Positions 1 through 11,959 of a stretch of DNA of 64,000 bases are shown one piece after another (position 1 is the first letter of the stretch; each line of letters begins with the position of its first letter). The stretch comes from Vicugna vicugna (lineage: Eukaryota): assembly GCA_013265495.1 (NCBI GenBank), contig MU058531.1, forward strand, positions 186,001 to 250,000, written 5' to 3'. A program made the translations under genes and the position numbers. The notes below the pieces were generated by a model. That model saw only the letters and a program-made list of their open reading frames with translations. It was not told the DNA's origin and did no database searches.

Positions 1-121
1 TGAAAATATCTCTATATTAAAATGATACATAATTGATTAAATGAAAAGTTTATTTTTGAACACTGTCTTTCTCTTGGGATATATTTGTTCCTTAGTTAGA
101 ATTTTAATATTTATGTTTTAG

Positions 122-261
122 AAACTGTTGGATTTAATAGAAGACTTGAAAATAAAACTGATAAGCGAAAGAAAAGAAAAGTTAACATTGGAATTTAAAA
201 TTCGTGAAGAAGTTACACAGGAGTTTACTCAATATTTGGCTCAACGGGAAGCTGACTTTAA
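122..261 (+). CDS. KIF20B: KIF20B exon (KLLDLIEDLK...QREADF), phase 0-2
   Basis: Acceptor ttttag at 120-121, donor gtaagt at 262; 140 nt open frame. Confidence 0.95.
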
Positions 262-530
262 GTAAGTTTTTTTGTTCTTGTCCTGGTAATTGAGAATTTT
301 AGTTACTTGTTTAAATTTGGGGGGAGCTTTTAATTAGGTGACTTCTGAATTCTGACCTTTATACAGGCTTGAAAATAGCTGTTACTAGTCTCCATGGTAA
401 TTGTGAATTACACGTGAATAATTATTTAAATTGACTTTTAATTTATAATGTACTTAATCTTAGAAATTTAAAATAAAAATGCAAAGTAGTGCTTTTTCTG
501 TTTCCTAATGGGACTAATTTCTGTATGAAG

Positions 531-669
531 GGAAACTCTACTTCAGGAACGAGAGATACTAGAAGAAAATGCTGAATGTCGTTTGGCTATCTTCAAAGAT
601 TTGGTTGGTAAATGTGATACTCGAGAAGAACTGAAGAATGAAGATCGTGTCATGAAAGTTGAAACTGAA
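531..669 (+). CDS. KIF20B: KIF20B exon (ETLLQEREIL...KVETE), phase 2-0
   Basis: Acceptor aag at 528-530, donor gtatgt at 670; 139 nt. Confidence 0.93.
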
Positions 670-1624
670 GTATGTTAAATGAAATATTAAATCCATGGTG
701 TTTTGGTACTAGGATTCAGTATACTACATCAATGATATACTTTAGTATGTTATGTATATATTAATATACTTTTGAATTTTAAAAAAACTTATTATTATAG
801 CTTTGTTATAATTGAACATGCTTTGTTAGGAATGTAAGCACAAATAGTTTAAATATAACTATTGAATTTGGACATTTATATCTCAGTTTGGTGTTGCTTG
901 AGTCATTGTGTTGATAGTAGGTAGATTACTTTTGTTGGATTATGGGATACCCCTCTTAGATCTGTCTTAAACTTAAAGAATTTAAATAGATAAGGGATCT
1001 AAGGGGACATTTAGTTCTGTTCTGATTAAAACAAAAACATTTATTTATAGAAAAGATGACTCTTGCTTGGCTGACTGACCATTCCCTACTGTTGAGGAGA
1101 CATTCTTTTCTGCTGCTTCTGTTGAAGCTGAAATTGATCACATCTTTTTGGAATGGCTGTTTTTGTTTTGTTTTGGATTTTAATTACTCAGTTCAGGGGT
1201 CTGGGATGGTGATGTCCAGGCTCTTGCTATCAAACCATCGTTGTGTGTCCCTGACATAGTTTGGGATTTGGTCTGAACTGTGAAAATGGAGATTTGTTTC
1301 CTCAGCTATTCCAACAAAGCCTTTGAAGACTCATTATATAACTGAAAGTATATCTGTACTAGGTAATCATAATTGTTCTATAATGACCTATCACAGTTTA
1401 TGACCTTGTTTTTATGGAAAAATATATCTCATGTTCCATTAGACAGAAAAATACATAACAGAGCACACCTTTTTTATAATTAGAGATATTTTATATAGTA
1501 AAAAAAACTTCAAGTTGTGAATTTTTTTGCTATTTGTTTTTAAAACTGTCTAAATCAGATGGTACCACACTGAAATAGTGAAGGCCACTGTTAACATTAG
1601 GTATGTGGTTTTTGCTATTTTTAG

Positions 1625-1853
1625 GAAGGACATAATTATATAGGAATTGAAGATATTATTGATTCTCTTCAAGATGATGTCACTGATATTAAGAAACAGG
1701 CTGAAATTGCTCACTTATATATTGCATCTCTTGCTGACCCCCAGGAAGCTATTGCTTGTTTAGAAATAAAGCTTAATCAAGTTAAAGCTGAATTAGCTAA
1801 AACCAAAGAAGAATTAATCAAAACCCAAGAAGAGTTAAAAAAGAGAGAAAATG
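1625..1853 (+). CDS. KIF20B: KIF20B exon (EGHNYIGIED...ELKKREN), phase 0-1, with an internal alternative acceptor at 1745
   Basis: Acceptor ttttag, donor gtaagt at 1854; 229 nt. Confidence 0.93.
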
Positions 1854-2709
1854 GTAAGTGGATATATTTTACCCCTATTTAGATGTTGTAAATGCATAAA
1901 AAGACAGTTGGTAAGTATGAGATTTATGCAGCTTATTTACCATAGTGACCAGACAATGACCTAAGTAACATATTTAATACTTTACCATTTGTATGAGTTT
2001 ATAGTAATGTACTAATAAAAGTATTTTTTCACTTTTCTTTACTGTTAGACCAATATTATTAGCAAATGGACTTCTCAAAAAAATGAAAAACCAAGTATAG
2101 CTTTATCAGCAAATTAAGAAATCTCATAGAAAATTGTAAAGTTGTAAATTTTTTTCTTTTATATTCTTTCTGAACTCTTACAGTATGGTGATTCTGCTCT
2201 GGACTTGTAAGTTTGGGATGGAGTTACTCCTGTGGAGTAGTCTTAAGTTTGTTAGATAGTGCCTCATTCTAGCTCTGAAGTCACTATATATACATATGGG
2301 ATTGTTTGTTGTTATTATATATATAGGATTATTTGTCACTTCTGGGTTTCAAGTGTTAGATAAAATACTCTGCCCTTTTCTGTGTGAAACAAGATGGGTA
2401 GAAAATCCTAATTATGAAGTGGAACAGAGAGGTACTAGATACTTCTCTTCTGACATTATACCAGAAATTTTTTATCATTGAGGATATGTCATTCATTTTT
2501 ACCCTGAGTTTTGAAAGTGGCTTTTTCAGAAACAGCTATACCCTGGTGGTAGAATTTGTAGCTGAGGGCTTGTGTGCTTCTAGTGCTGTTAAAAGTCTTT
2601 TTCTTGAGTATAGCAATAAAGTGTCTACTACAGCAGCTTGTGTTTCATAATTATTCAGTGATACATTATTTTAGGTGCTTAGGTATTTATTTTTAATACT
2701 CTTTTTCAG

Positions 2710-2762
2710 AATCAGAAATTAATTTAAATTCATTGGTTCAAGAGCTTGAGAAATCTAATAAG
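2710..2762 (+). CDS. KIF20B: KIF20B exon (SEINLNSLVQELEKSNK), phase 1-0
   Basis: Acceptor ctttttcag, donor gtaata at 2763; 53 nt. Confidence 0.9.
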
Positions 2763-3739
2763 GTAATATTTTTAAGCTTTATTTTGTCTTGATAAGGAAC
2801 TTAATAAAGTTAAATAAGTGGCATAAATTATGACTAGGTGCATCTATTTTAAAAATAATTAAAGAAAAAGTAGTAAGTGAATGTGATTTTAAAAATTGAG
2901 ACATGTAAGTGCCTTCACCTTATACCATCTTTCCAAAGATAGCCACTGGAAAGTTTCTTTAGTCTTTCCAGAAAAGATTTATGTGTGTGTATGTATATAG
3001 AACACACATACACACACCTTTGAAAAAGTTTATACAAATGGGATTGTAGTTCTGTGTCTTGCTTTCTTCCTTTAGAAGATGTCTTGAAGATAATTCTATG
3101 GCAGCACATACAGACTTATGTCATTTTACTAGGTGCATTGTGTCAATTATATATATTTAAATGGTGTTTATTTTGTCTGAAGTTACTGTTTAAAAATACA
3201 GTATATGGCCTGAGCAGTGTGCTTTGGAATTGTGAAAATCTCTAGCACTTTGTACCTTCAGGTGAGAAAATTACTCCAGATTGTTGTAGATGGATTTGAC
3301 ATTGATAGATCTAAATATGAAATTGCAGGTATATGCAGAGGTGAAGTGAATTTAAAGCTCTAAACTTAATATTTTTCCTGACCTTTTCTGGCATAGGTCT
3401 TCTTAGTTTAAATCTATCCTTCTGAAGAGCTGAGTATTTTAAAATAAGATTAGGTATAAGTAATTCAAGATCTTGGTATCTAATATCCATATTTGTAAGG
3501 GTAACCAAAATAATGTGCTTATTTAGCATAAGACATTACAGCTACTGTTTAGACAATTCCTGATCTTTTCCTTTTCCTTTATTTTTTTAATTATAAAAAT
3601 AGCTACTAGTTGTAAAAATTCAATTGAATTAAACTATGTAAAATAATCCGCCATAATGTTTCTCCTATGTCAAAAACAAAACAAAACTAGGTTGGTTGGT
3701 AGCTCTTTGAGACTTTTATGTATATTCATTTTTGTAGAA

Positions 3740-3930
3740 CACTTACTATGAACTCTTTTAATTTCTTTACATATATTTACTTATTTAAATCCCAGAACAA
3801 CCTTATGATGTAGATACTGTTATTTTTTATTTTTACAGAGACATTAAATAAGTTGCCTAGGGTCATACAACTAGAAGGTAGAGAAGCTAGAATTCAAACT
3901 CAAATCATCTGACGCCTGATTCCTCTTATC
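3740..3930 (-). mobile_element. MIR SINE remnant
   Basis: MIR core-like text (aaccttatgatgtagatactgttatt...ttttacagag...agttgcctagggtcatacaactag...aattcaaactc). Confidence 0.7.
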
Positions 3931-4134
3931 CAATATGATATGTTGCTTCTGTTTCCTTTTGTATATAAACATGTTGTGTTTTAAATGAAAGTAAGATCAA
4001 GTTATGCATAATATATTGCTATTGGTATTCTTGCTTAATCTTAAAATGTGAAGGAATTCTAAACTGCATCATATTTGCACTCTAGTTATCCCAAAATGCA
4101 TTTACTAAACTGCTTTTTTTATCCCTTCCCAAAG

Positions 4135-4254
4135 AAAATAGTTGTGCAGAATCAAAGAATTCAAGAGTTGATGGATAAAATTGATCAAAAAGAGGATACT
4201 ATCAACAAATTTCAGAACCCGAAACTTCATATGGAAAACACATTTAAAGACAGT
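4135..4254 (+). CDS. KIF20B: KIF20B exon (KIVVQNQRIQ...NTFKDS), phase 0-0
   Basis: Pyrimidine tract plus aaag acceptor, donor gtaaga at 4255; 120 nt; lies within ORF 4075..4266. Confidence 0.92.
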
Positions 4255-5005
4255 GTAAGAATTTAACTTTATTTGCCTGTGTTATAAATTACATAAGAAA
4301 ACCTATGTTTGGCTTGGTTTAAAATAATTTAAAATAGCTTATACAGCTAAGACTGATTTACTAAGAGTGCTGAACTGCTTATACTGGCATTGAATTCAAT
4401 TTACTATTCTGCAAATCTGAATTTTTGAGAACTTAGCAGAGGGCAGTTTGACCTTCTTGTACGTAATATCCCACAAACTAAGCTGGCAGTTCTTTGCGCA
4501 TAAGAGGGACAAGACTGTGTAGCCCTTAGAAGTGTAAGCCTCAGCAAATTGATTGGGGAATTATGGGGTGAAAAGAACTTAGATGTGCTTCAATATCTGC
4601 AGATCATGAGGTCTCTATCTCCATGTAGCTCTATATCTCTATATATCTGTCTATATGTGTATCTATATAGAACTAGAAGTGAAATTCAGTGGAATTTTTT
4701 TCTTAAAAATTATGTTGCTTACTATGTCATATAAAGCCTTTAAGGATTTTAAAATTGCCTTTCATCAATAGGAATTCAGGTGATTTCATATTTGAATAGT
4801 TCATTATGGGATGATTAGCCTGTCTTTTCATCCTTTTTTAAAACAATGGTTTTTGGTTTTCTTTTATGTTTGTTTTTTATTGCAGGCTCCTTCAGATTAT
4901 TTTTTGATGTAAAAATGGTAAAATATATGTTAATAACATAATAGGTTGAGTAAACTAATAGCTAAAATTCTCTGCTTTTGTATTTCTCTGACCAAAAAGG
5001 GTATA

Positions 5006-5803
5006 CAATAGTTGTCCTTTCTCTGTTGTTTCACTTTCTGTGGGTTGACCGTGGTCCAAAAGTATTAAATGGAAAATGCCAGAAATAAACAATTCATAAA
5101 TTTCAAATTATGCACTGTCCTGAGTCGCATGATGAAATCTCATGCCATACTGCCAGGGACGTAAATCATCCCTTTGTCCAACATATTCCGCCCATTAATC
5201 ACTTAGTAGGTGTCTTGGTTATCAGACCAGCTGTTGTGGTATCACAGTGCTTATGTTCAAGTAACCCTTATTTTACTAATGGCACTAAAGGACAAGAGTA
5301 GTGATGCTGACAATTTGGATATGCCAAAGAGAAGCCGTAAAGTGCTTCATTTAAAATAAAGGTGAGAGTTCTCGACTTAATAAGGAAAGAAAAAAATTGT
5401 ATGCTGAGGTTGCTAAGATCTATGTAAGAATGAATCTATTTATGAAATTGGGAAGAAGGAAAAAACAATCTGTGCAAATTTGCTGTCACACGTTAAACTG
5501 TAAAAGTTATGGCCACAGTGCATAAGTGCTTCAGATGGAAAAGCCACTTTTCTATCTTTAATTTTAAGATTAAATTTGTACAGTAAGACATTTTGAGAGC
5601 AAGAGAGACTGCATTCACATAACTTTTATTATGGTATATAATTGTTCTATTGTATTATTATTATTAATCTCTTACTGTGCTTAATTTATAAATTAAACTT
5701 TATCATAGGTATATATAGGAAAAAACATAGTATATATAGGGTTCAGTACTATCCATGGTTTCAGGCATCCACTGGGTCTCTGTAGTTAGAGAAGGACTAC
5801 CGT
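5006..5803 (+). mobile_element. MER44/Tigger7-type DNA transposon (internally deleted)
   Basis: Starts after TA; resembles recalled MER44 (aaatggaaaatgccagaaataaacaattcataa...; ends ggcatccactggg...ggactac). Retains a decayed transposase start (MPKRSRKVL...DLIRKEKKLYAEVAKI). Confidence 0.8.
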
Positions 5804-6259
5804 GGTTGACCCTGCTTTGTATCTAGACAGTTAAGCTCTAATACCCACCAACTTCCCCTGTGTCATCTCAACATCAGATGGACTTCTGATACTATAGGGG
5901 TAAATAAGGAACATTTTCTAGAGAAGAGTAGCTCATCCTTTGTCTAAGCTCTTGTAGTAGGCCTTTCTTTTGGTATTTATTAGATGCGTTATTCACTCTA
6001 TCTGACTTTTCTGTCAGTTCTGTTGGATGTATTATCATAAACTAGCAATAATTACATTAAAAACTTAGAATTATGTTAATATGATTATTAAAGAGAGTTC
6101 GATAATGTACTTAATAATTTAATCGTATATTATTTATAATTATATATTATTATATATTTTTGTCAGATCTGTTATTTGCATTATTCAGTCTAACTTTCCT
6201 GAACTAGGAGAAAGCCCCTTGTAATAAGGTAGGGAGTAAGGAAGAAAAGCATAAAATGA

Positions 6260-7000
6260 TTTATTTTAGTCAGAAAGCACTGAGGTTCTACTGTGTGCCA
6301 GGTACTGTGCTAGATTCTGGGAATTATACAGATTAATGAAAACTAGTCCCCTTAACAACTCCCCAGTAAGAGAGAAACAGTGTAAACATAATTATAATGA
6401 AATGTGCAGGGGTAATCAGTATATGCAAGAAGCTGAGAAGAGGTGGGGATTTAGAGAGTACATTCTGGAGATGAAAATGATTAAAGTGAACCTTAAATAG
6501 TGAGTAAAATTTAGCCAGATAAAAGTAGGGGGAGGTAGCAGCTAGTAGCTGTGGGGGACATGAAGATACACTGGCCTTCCAGTCAGAATGTGTAAAAACA
6601 TGAACATGAGAAGGCTTTCAGTCACTGTAGAAAGTACAAGCAATTTGTTGTTCAAGAAGAAAGTATGAAGCAAGGAGAGGTGAGTAGTGAGGCCGGGAGC
6701 AGTACATTGGGGTAAGATGGTAGGAGGCCTTACATCCTTCATTAAAGCGTTTGAGTTTTATTCTGAAGGCAGTGAGCAGTCGTTAATTTTAAGGAGCATA
6801 GCAAAGTTGATTTTTTATTTTGAGTAGATATTTTTAGAAACTTGGAAGATGGAATTCAGATGGAATTAGACTGAAGGCGGAGAGACCTCTGGAGGAATTC
6901 AGGTGATAGTTGATGAGAACTTTGATTTAAGGTGGTTGGGTAGTGGTAGTAGAGATTAAGAAGAGAAAATTGATTTGAGAAACAAGAGGGGGTAAACTTT
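6260..7000 (-). mobile_element. L2 LINE remnant
   Basis: ctactgtgtgccaggtactgtgctag followed by purine-rich L2-like sequence. Confidence 0.7.
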
Positions 7001-8848
7001 TGGGAACTTAGGGCTTAACTTTTTCTAGTAACTTAATTACTGGGCCTGCAGGCTCTTCACACTTTGATTTGGTTATTCATCATCATCTGCTTATTTGCTC
7101 TGAGCACTAGATCTGGATATTAAGTCTGGCCTTTGGTTTGGTGAAGGAAAATAAAACAAGAAAAAGAAAAACCAGAGATAGATCACTTCTCTTGACTACC
7201 GACTTTAAAGAAAATTATTGAAAATTTAATAAGGAATTGTATCTATTTCTGTAGTATGTTTGTGTACCACATGTGTTAATAATGTTTATGTCAGTAATAG
7301 TAAAAAAGCAATATAAAATAAGCAATATTTCTAATTTGCTAGTCCTTGCCTATAAATAAAATTTTTAGGTAGGTTCTGAACCTCTTTTATCAACTAACTT
7401 AAAACAGTGTGCCCAGTTGTTCACATAAATACATAACTAAACAAATGCAAAATCATTTGGAACTTAACCTGACTATGTTGATTAACTGTTGATCTCAGGT
7501 CACTGTTCCAAAGCTTGTCTTGAAAGCAGACTCTTCCAATGATGAAAAGTTTGTTTTGAATGATTCTTTAGCATCCTTCCAACCAAGCACACCCTAGGGG
7601 CAGAAAATATTCCTTTCAATAACTGAGACTTACAGGGGGTAGATTTTTTTGTGGAGATTATATAATTTGAAGGAGGAAAAAAAAAGATTAGGTCATTATG
7701 GTAGGTCTGAGAGTAGAAGTGACAACTTGAAATTGTCGTGGAGTGTTTGAAAACTCAAACTCTGTCACAGATGTGATCCCTCTATCCCAGGATTTGTCAT
7801 TTATCAGTGACACCAAGGGACTAATTTGAGAAAGCTTGGAGGTATTCATGACATCCTTTGTTTAGGGATATCTAATAAGGCTTTGCCTTTTTTTTTTTTA
7901 ATAATCCGTTACTTTAGTATAAAGTCATATTTGTATCTTTTTAAGAACAAAGCATTCACTGATTTTATGATATAAAATGATGTTTTGCCTTCTCATATAG
8001 TTTTTTTCCCCCAAAATGGATTGCCACCAGTATGCAGCAATTTAATCTCTGCCTTTAAAAAAAAGTCTCTGCCTTTACCATACCTTTAATTACTTTATAG
8101 ACATACACTTAACTGCTGAGATTTCACCCTTCTGGTTTCTAGGTACCTTTTTCTGCTAGCCCTGTAGGGGGGCATAGTCTTTGCCTTAAAAAGTAATAAT
8201 CTGAATAATTTTTATCATTTAGATAAGCTAGGAGCTCAGTTTTAAAGCAGTATGTAGATTATATGTCTTTGAATATACATAGGCTGGAAGCTAAGGTTAA
8301 AACTTCGGGCATTTATTAAAAGTGTAAGACATTGTTTGAGAAATTTTGGTTACAAAACAAAACAGTTGATTAGTTTCTCAGGTGGGACCTCAAGATTTTA
8401 AGTAGAAGTATCTATAAGAAACAGTTTTGTCATAATGTTTTCATATTTTTCTTTTCAAAGAACATTTTGTTGTATCACTTAGAGGTGAGTGTTTTAGGGT
8501 TCTACAGCTATCTACAAACAAGTCTATAGCCCACTTGATTACCTTAGAAAATCTAAAGATGAATTTGTTTTTAGTGTTAGAGTGAAACTACACACTTAAA
8601 TGATTTTAGGACAGGTTTTTTTGTTTGTTTGTTTTGTCCTCCTTAGTAAATGTACAAGTTAGTTAACATTACTCATTTCCCAGAGCCATCAGTTATTTTA
8701 GGGTGAGATTTAAGAAATAACTTAGAAAATGTTTCAGCAATCTTGAAAATAAAATTTTTATGATACAGTATTGAATCATAAGTTACATAGTTTTTACATT
8801 TATTAAAGCTTTCTATACGTGAACTAATGTTAATTTATTTTACTTTAG

Positions 8849-9002
8849 GACAATGCTGGCACATCATCTTTAATAATAAACAATAAATTGGTTTGTAATG
8901 AAACAGTTGAAATGTCTAAGGACAGCAAAACTAAAACCTATTCAGGAAGAAAAAGATTAAATGAAGTTGAACTTCAACAAGATGAACCACCAGCAAAGAA
9001 AG
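8849..9002 (+). CDS. KIF20B: KIF20B exon (DNAGTSSLII...DEPPAKK), phase 0-1
   Basis: Acceptor ctttag, donor gtactt at 9003; 154 nt. Confidence 0.93.
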
Positions 9003-11125
9003 GTACTTGTTCAGCTGCCAGCAGGAGGCCTTTAAGAAAGCTAACCCCTAAACCAGTAAACAGAAAAGTTACAAACAGAAGGAAATTTACTTGTCTAAGG
9101 AAAAAACCTGAGAAAGTCTAAGTGTCCCTAATGTTTACACTAACGTTACAGACTGTCGAGGATGAGTATATTTAAAGCTGCCTTAATTTCAATAAATATG
9201 GTTTTAGATGTTGTGCTTTTGTCACTTTTACATGAGTATAATTCTTTTATGTCTGTACTTACAGTAGTTAAAAGTCAGCACTTCCACTTTCATGATTATA
9301 GTACCTTTTCTGCCAAAGTATTTCCACATTCTTTTTTCTTCTTCTGCATTCTTTATTCATTTGGAGAAAAGGACATTTGACAGTAAGACTTTGAGCTGAA
9401 CATTACTAAAGACAAATGTGGTCAAGTTGTGTTCTCTATAGAATTACTAAAAAAAGGTGGTCTTGTGCTTACTCTATACTGTACCTCCCTGTTTATGTCA
9501 GCTTTTACCTTCTCTCTAAGCCATCCATTTGTCTTCTGGAAAACTTTTATAGTATAATACAGGGAGGGAGGGCTTTTTAAGAGAAGGTACATTAGCTTTA
9601 GGAACCTGATTAGCTGCTTCACTTTGAGAAAAATGAGTGAGTTAAGTCTTTCTTTACACCTGCCTCCTGAGGTTGTTAACACTAAAAACAATTGGGTGAT
9701 ATGCCAATATAATAAATGTCTCATAGAACTTCAGTAAAATAAATGTTTTCAAAAGTAGATGCCTTAAGCGATAAAACAATACTAGATACATAGATACATG
9801 TGAGCTACTAGATTGAGATGAACTGTCACCTTCTGTTATCCACTGAAGAAGTGGTGCCTTAGCTTCAGCGAGTGAGCCTTGCTATGATTTCTGTCGCACT
9901 GTTCATCTCTCTTTTCACCTTGATCAGTGCCATAGAGTAGTTGAGAATGTAGAATCGATAGATCACTAGGAAGTGGAAGTGGGCAGGAATGAGTGATCTA
10001 CATGGTGGGACTAATCCTAAGGGTCACTCATTCGTGCAGAAAATGATTATAGAAGACCTATGGTTGTTAGCTATAAATAATTTGGATGCGGGTAGATTTA
10101 AGTAACAAATTTTTTTTCTCCTTCAATTTTACTATTTCCCAGTTATTTATGTTATTAGCGACTACAGGAATCACATAAGGGATCATATGAAAATTGTAGG
10201 TATAACCGCCCTTTTTCCTCTCTACCTGCTACTGAACAATTTCCAGAACAAAATACTCCTTTAACCACTAGAATAGTAATAGGGGGTTGATAGTTTCATG
10301 GGATGTATGTTTTCTGCTCTTAAAAGGGAATGCAAAGCCATTTCCCTGCGAAAGTGAATTTACTTGTTTGAGGTATCTGTACTTTGGGGAAGCCTATAAC
10401 CATGTAAGCAGTGCAAGAAATAAGCCTTCAGAATAGTGATTAGGGGGCCATCCAGAGAAATACTGCATATCTGTGTCTTTTCAACCAAAACTGATTTTTG
10501 TAGCAAAATATAGGTAAGCAGTTTATGTATAGGTTGAATGTGGTATAAATATTGAATTAAAGTAACTTTCTTTCTCATTGTTTATGTTTACTTTTTATGT
10601 TAACCTTACTGTGTATAGGCTAGGTTTTATATACAGTAAAACCTATCCTATCTTTGTTGCTAGACTGATTAATACTTTAATTACTTCCTGACAAGGCTGT
10701 TCTGAATACGTTCTAAGAGTCTTTTGATATAAAAAATATAAAAATGTCTGAAAGAATAATATGAATATCTGAACAAGAAAATCAGGTACTAAACACATTA
10801 GCTTGAATTACCTTATATTATGTAATTAACCTAGTTCTTGAAGTATAGTAAAATTAAAAGAACATTACTTGATCACAAAAGCTTTATTGTGCTTACTGTA
10901 ATTCACTTCAGAGTTTAGTGATTATATTGTATGCATGACTCAAATCTCTTCTCTCAGGATAAGTATTTGTGAGCTCTGAGTTTCAGGTCTTTGTTGTTTT
11001 TAACGTGCATCGATCCCATCTCTCTCTCTCTTGATAAAGGGTTCAGACATTTTTATAATTCGCCTTCTTAAAGGGCAAGAGGATTTTTTTGAACATTTCT
11101 AATTCATAAAAAAAAATCTAAGAGT

Positions 11126-11252
11126 GGGAGGATACAGCTCAGTGGTAGAGTGTGTGCTTAGCGTGCACAAGGTCCTGGGTTCAATCCCCAGTACCTCCAT
11201 TAATTAATTAACAAACCTAATTACCTTCACCCCCAAAAAACAAACAAAAAAA
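11126..11252 (+). mobile_element. tRNA-derived SINE, Vic-1-like (camelid)
   Basis: A box (agctcagtggtag), B box (ggttcaatccc) and A-rich tail; homologous to three other copies in the window. Confidence 0.85.
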
Positions 11253-11959
11253 GAAACTCAATGAATCCTAAGAAGGATAAATATAAACAAAACCTCACCA
11301 ACGCACATCATAATGAAACTGCTGATATTATTTCCATTTTACACTTGAGGAAACAGTCATGGGGTCAAGTAGTTTATTGACACTTATGCAGCTAGTGAGG
11401 GGTAAGGCTACATTAGACTTGCCAGAATTTTAACCATTTTTCTCTTAACTTTAGCTGTGAAAGTATAGGCTATTCAGTTCACAGATCACTAATTTAGTAG
11501 ATCTGTAATGTAATTGTACTTCAAAACTGTTCTTTTTAGGATATGTTTGCCTTAGGGTGTGATCCCCTATTGTCTGTCCCATATTAAGATGATAATAAAG
11601 ATTTGTGTTTAAATACCATTGAAATACCATTTATATTTAATATACAATTTAAATACCATTGAAAGTTACTACAAAGTAGAAACGACTGGTAATCCCACTC
11701 TGGTGGCTACCAGTATCTTCTTGCACATTCTTTGCTAACTCTCTCTGCCGTGACTTGTGGAACTATACCTTTTACATAAATGGGCTTATTCTGTGTATGT
11801 TTTGCAACCTGTTTTCTCCTTTTTGCTCAATAACTTATTTCTATCTTTCACTAAAAGTTTGCTTTCGTATGTTTCTTATGTTTGAATATTGACTTACATG
11901 GTAATTTTTTAGTTTTAGTGAGATTTGCCAGGTTAATAATGATTTTTTTATTTTTAAAG

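Noticed and set aside
2982..3017. 12-bp inverted repeat gtgtgtgtatgt / acatacacacac
   Set aside because: Opposed TG/CA microsatellite remnants, which are common.
11126..11199. tRNA gene (also 26932, 34390, 39757)
   Set aside because: The A/B boxes are followed by SINE body and A-tail, and the copies are divergent; these are SINEs, not tRNAs.
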